DNA from: Microbotryum violaceum
Taxonomy: Eukaryota
Direction: 5' to 3'
Assembly: GCA_001244265.2 (NCBI GenBank)
Contig: CDLV01000007.1
Coordinates: forward strand, 1,426,001 to 1,490,000
Length of the DNA stretch: 64,000 bases
Positions within the stretch are counted from its first letter, which is position 1. Each line of letters opens with the position of its first letter. Shown here in pieces: positions 63,012-64,000 of the stretch. The position numbers were made by a program, and so were the translations under genes. The notes beneath the pieces are model-generated. The model did not search any database and was not told the origin of the DNA. It was given only the letters and a program-made list of their open reading frames with translations.

Positions 63012-64000
63012 ATGTCGACTTATTTGGAAACGGTCAAGAGGGTACGATACTCGTTCACTTCAATTTCACTGCATTCATGCTGACGAACTGCCCCCGTCCA
63101 TCTGTACCACATGTTCCCTGCGTGCGCATGTGTGACGTCCGTCTCCGAACACGTCTCTCCACACGTCTATTCACAACCTCTTGAGTCGCTGGCATCTCAC
63201 CGCACCACCAGTCCTTCGTCGATGTCCCGACCCAACCGGGAGTTGACACTGTTGCCTTCTTGGAAGCCACAGAAGGATTGATCAAGATGTTCGGTACGTC
63301 GACCGTTGCAATGGACGGCGTACGGGCTTTCACACGCGACCCGACGTGTCACTTTGCACAAACGAGCGCGGGTGCGAGAACAGGACTTAAGGGGCACTGA
63401 TGATGGTATCCTGATGCAATTGGGCAGATCTCTTGGGAAACTCTGCGTTCGTCGTTGTGCAGAACGACATGAATGGTAACGTCAAGGTCAGTCTCGTCGC
63501 GGAATCCGACGCGGACCCCAGAACTCGGATCCGGGCTTGAGCTCAGACTCGGACTCAAGAATATGCTCACCCCTATATCTTTCACGTATGCTTCTCAGAA
63601 AATTCGAACGCGATACGAGGCCTTCCCCGAGCAATCCAAGACGTTGGAGGACTTGGTCAAGCACGAATCGACCGAGAAGAAGCGCATGGCCACCGAGGGG
63701 CTCTTGTGGCTGTTGCGGTCAGTATTATCGCCTTAATCGAGGACTATCGAGATCAAGAGCTGACGTCAGACTGGGACCTCGTTCACAGCGGCCTCAAGTT
63801 TACGCAAATCGCCCTGTCGCGCTCGCAAGCCAACAAGACGGAAGAACTGAACGCCTCGTTTGACGCGGCCTACACCAACACGCTCAAGCCGTATCACTCG
63901 TTCGTCGTCAAGCCCATCTTTGTCGTACGTACGGGTTCCGGTTCTGATGACCGGAGGGGCTGACTTGAAGAGAGCTGACTGGGACCCTTCCGGACTCGTC
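63012..64000 (+). CDS. Glycolipid transfer protein (GLTP/HET-C2 family), 3' end beyond window
   Basis: MSTYLETVKR|SFVDVP...FLEATEGLIKMF|DLLGNSAFVVVQNDMNGNVK|KIR...ATEGLLWLLR|GLKF...AYTNTLKPYHSFVVKPIF. Confidence 0.93.

Overview
Eukaryotic DNA with short GT-AG introns, consistent with a basidiomycete fungus. My guess from gene style and TE load is Pucciniomycotina/Microbotryomycetes; this cannot be verified from the window. About a third of the window (~20 kb) is transposon-derived: three L1/Tx1-like non-LTR retrotransposon families (four copies), two LTR-like insertions, a MITE, a Helitron nested inside a hAT element, and degenerate relics. Host genes: a tandem pair of secreted SGNH/GDSL (CE16-like) esterases with a variant GAS motif, GRG1, a KHDC4-like KH protein, RNase Z (TRZ1), tRNA adenosine deaminase TAD1/ADAT1, eIF3i, TORC2 subunit SIN1/AVO1, QCR9, a LisH-CTLH-CRA protein, an ERI1-family exonuclease, a GLTP/HET-C2 protein (runs off the window) and several hypothetical proteins. 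I found no demonstrably new system. The best leads are a possible non-AUG mitochondrial extension of TRZ1, a spinophilin-like PP1-docking motif in an orphan protein, a 63-bp hairpin inside an LTR-like insertion, and unusual TE junctions (11-bp and 6-bp target duplications, a LINE-on-LINE junction, a LINE in a probable exon). Exon boundaries and alignments were read by eye and are approximate.
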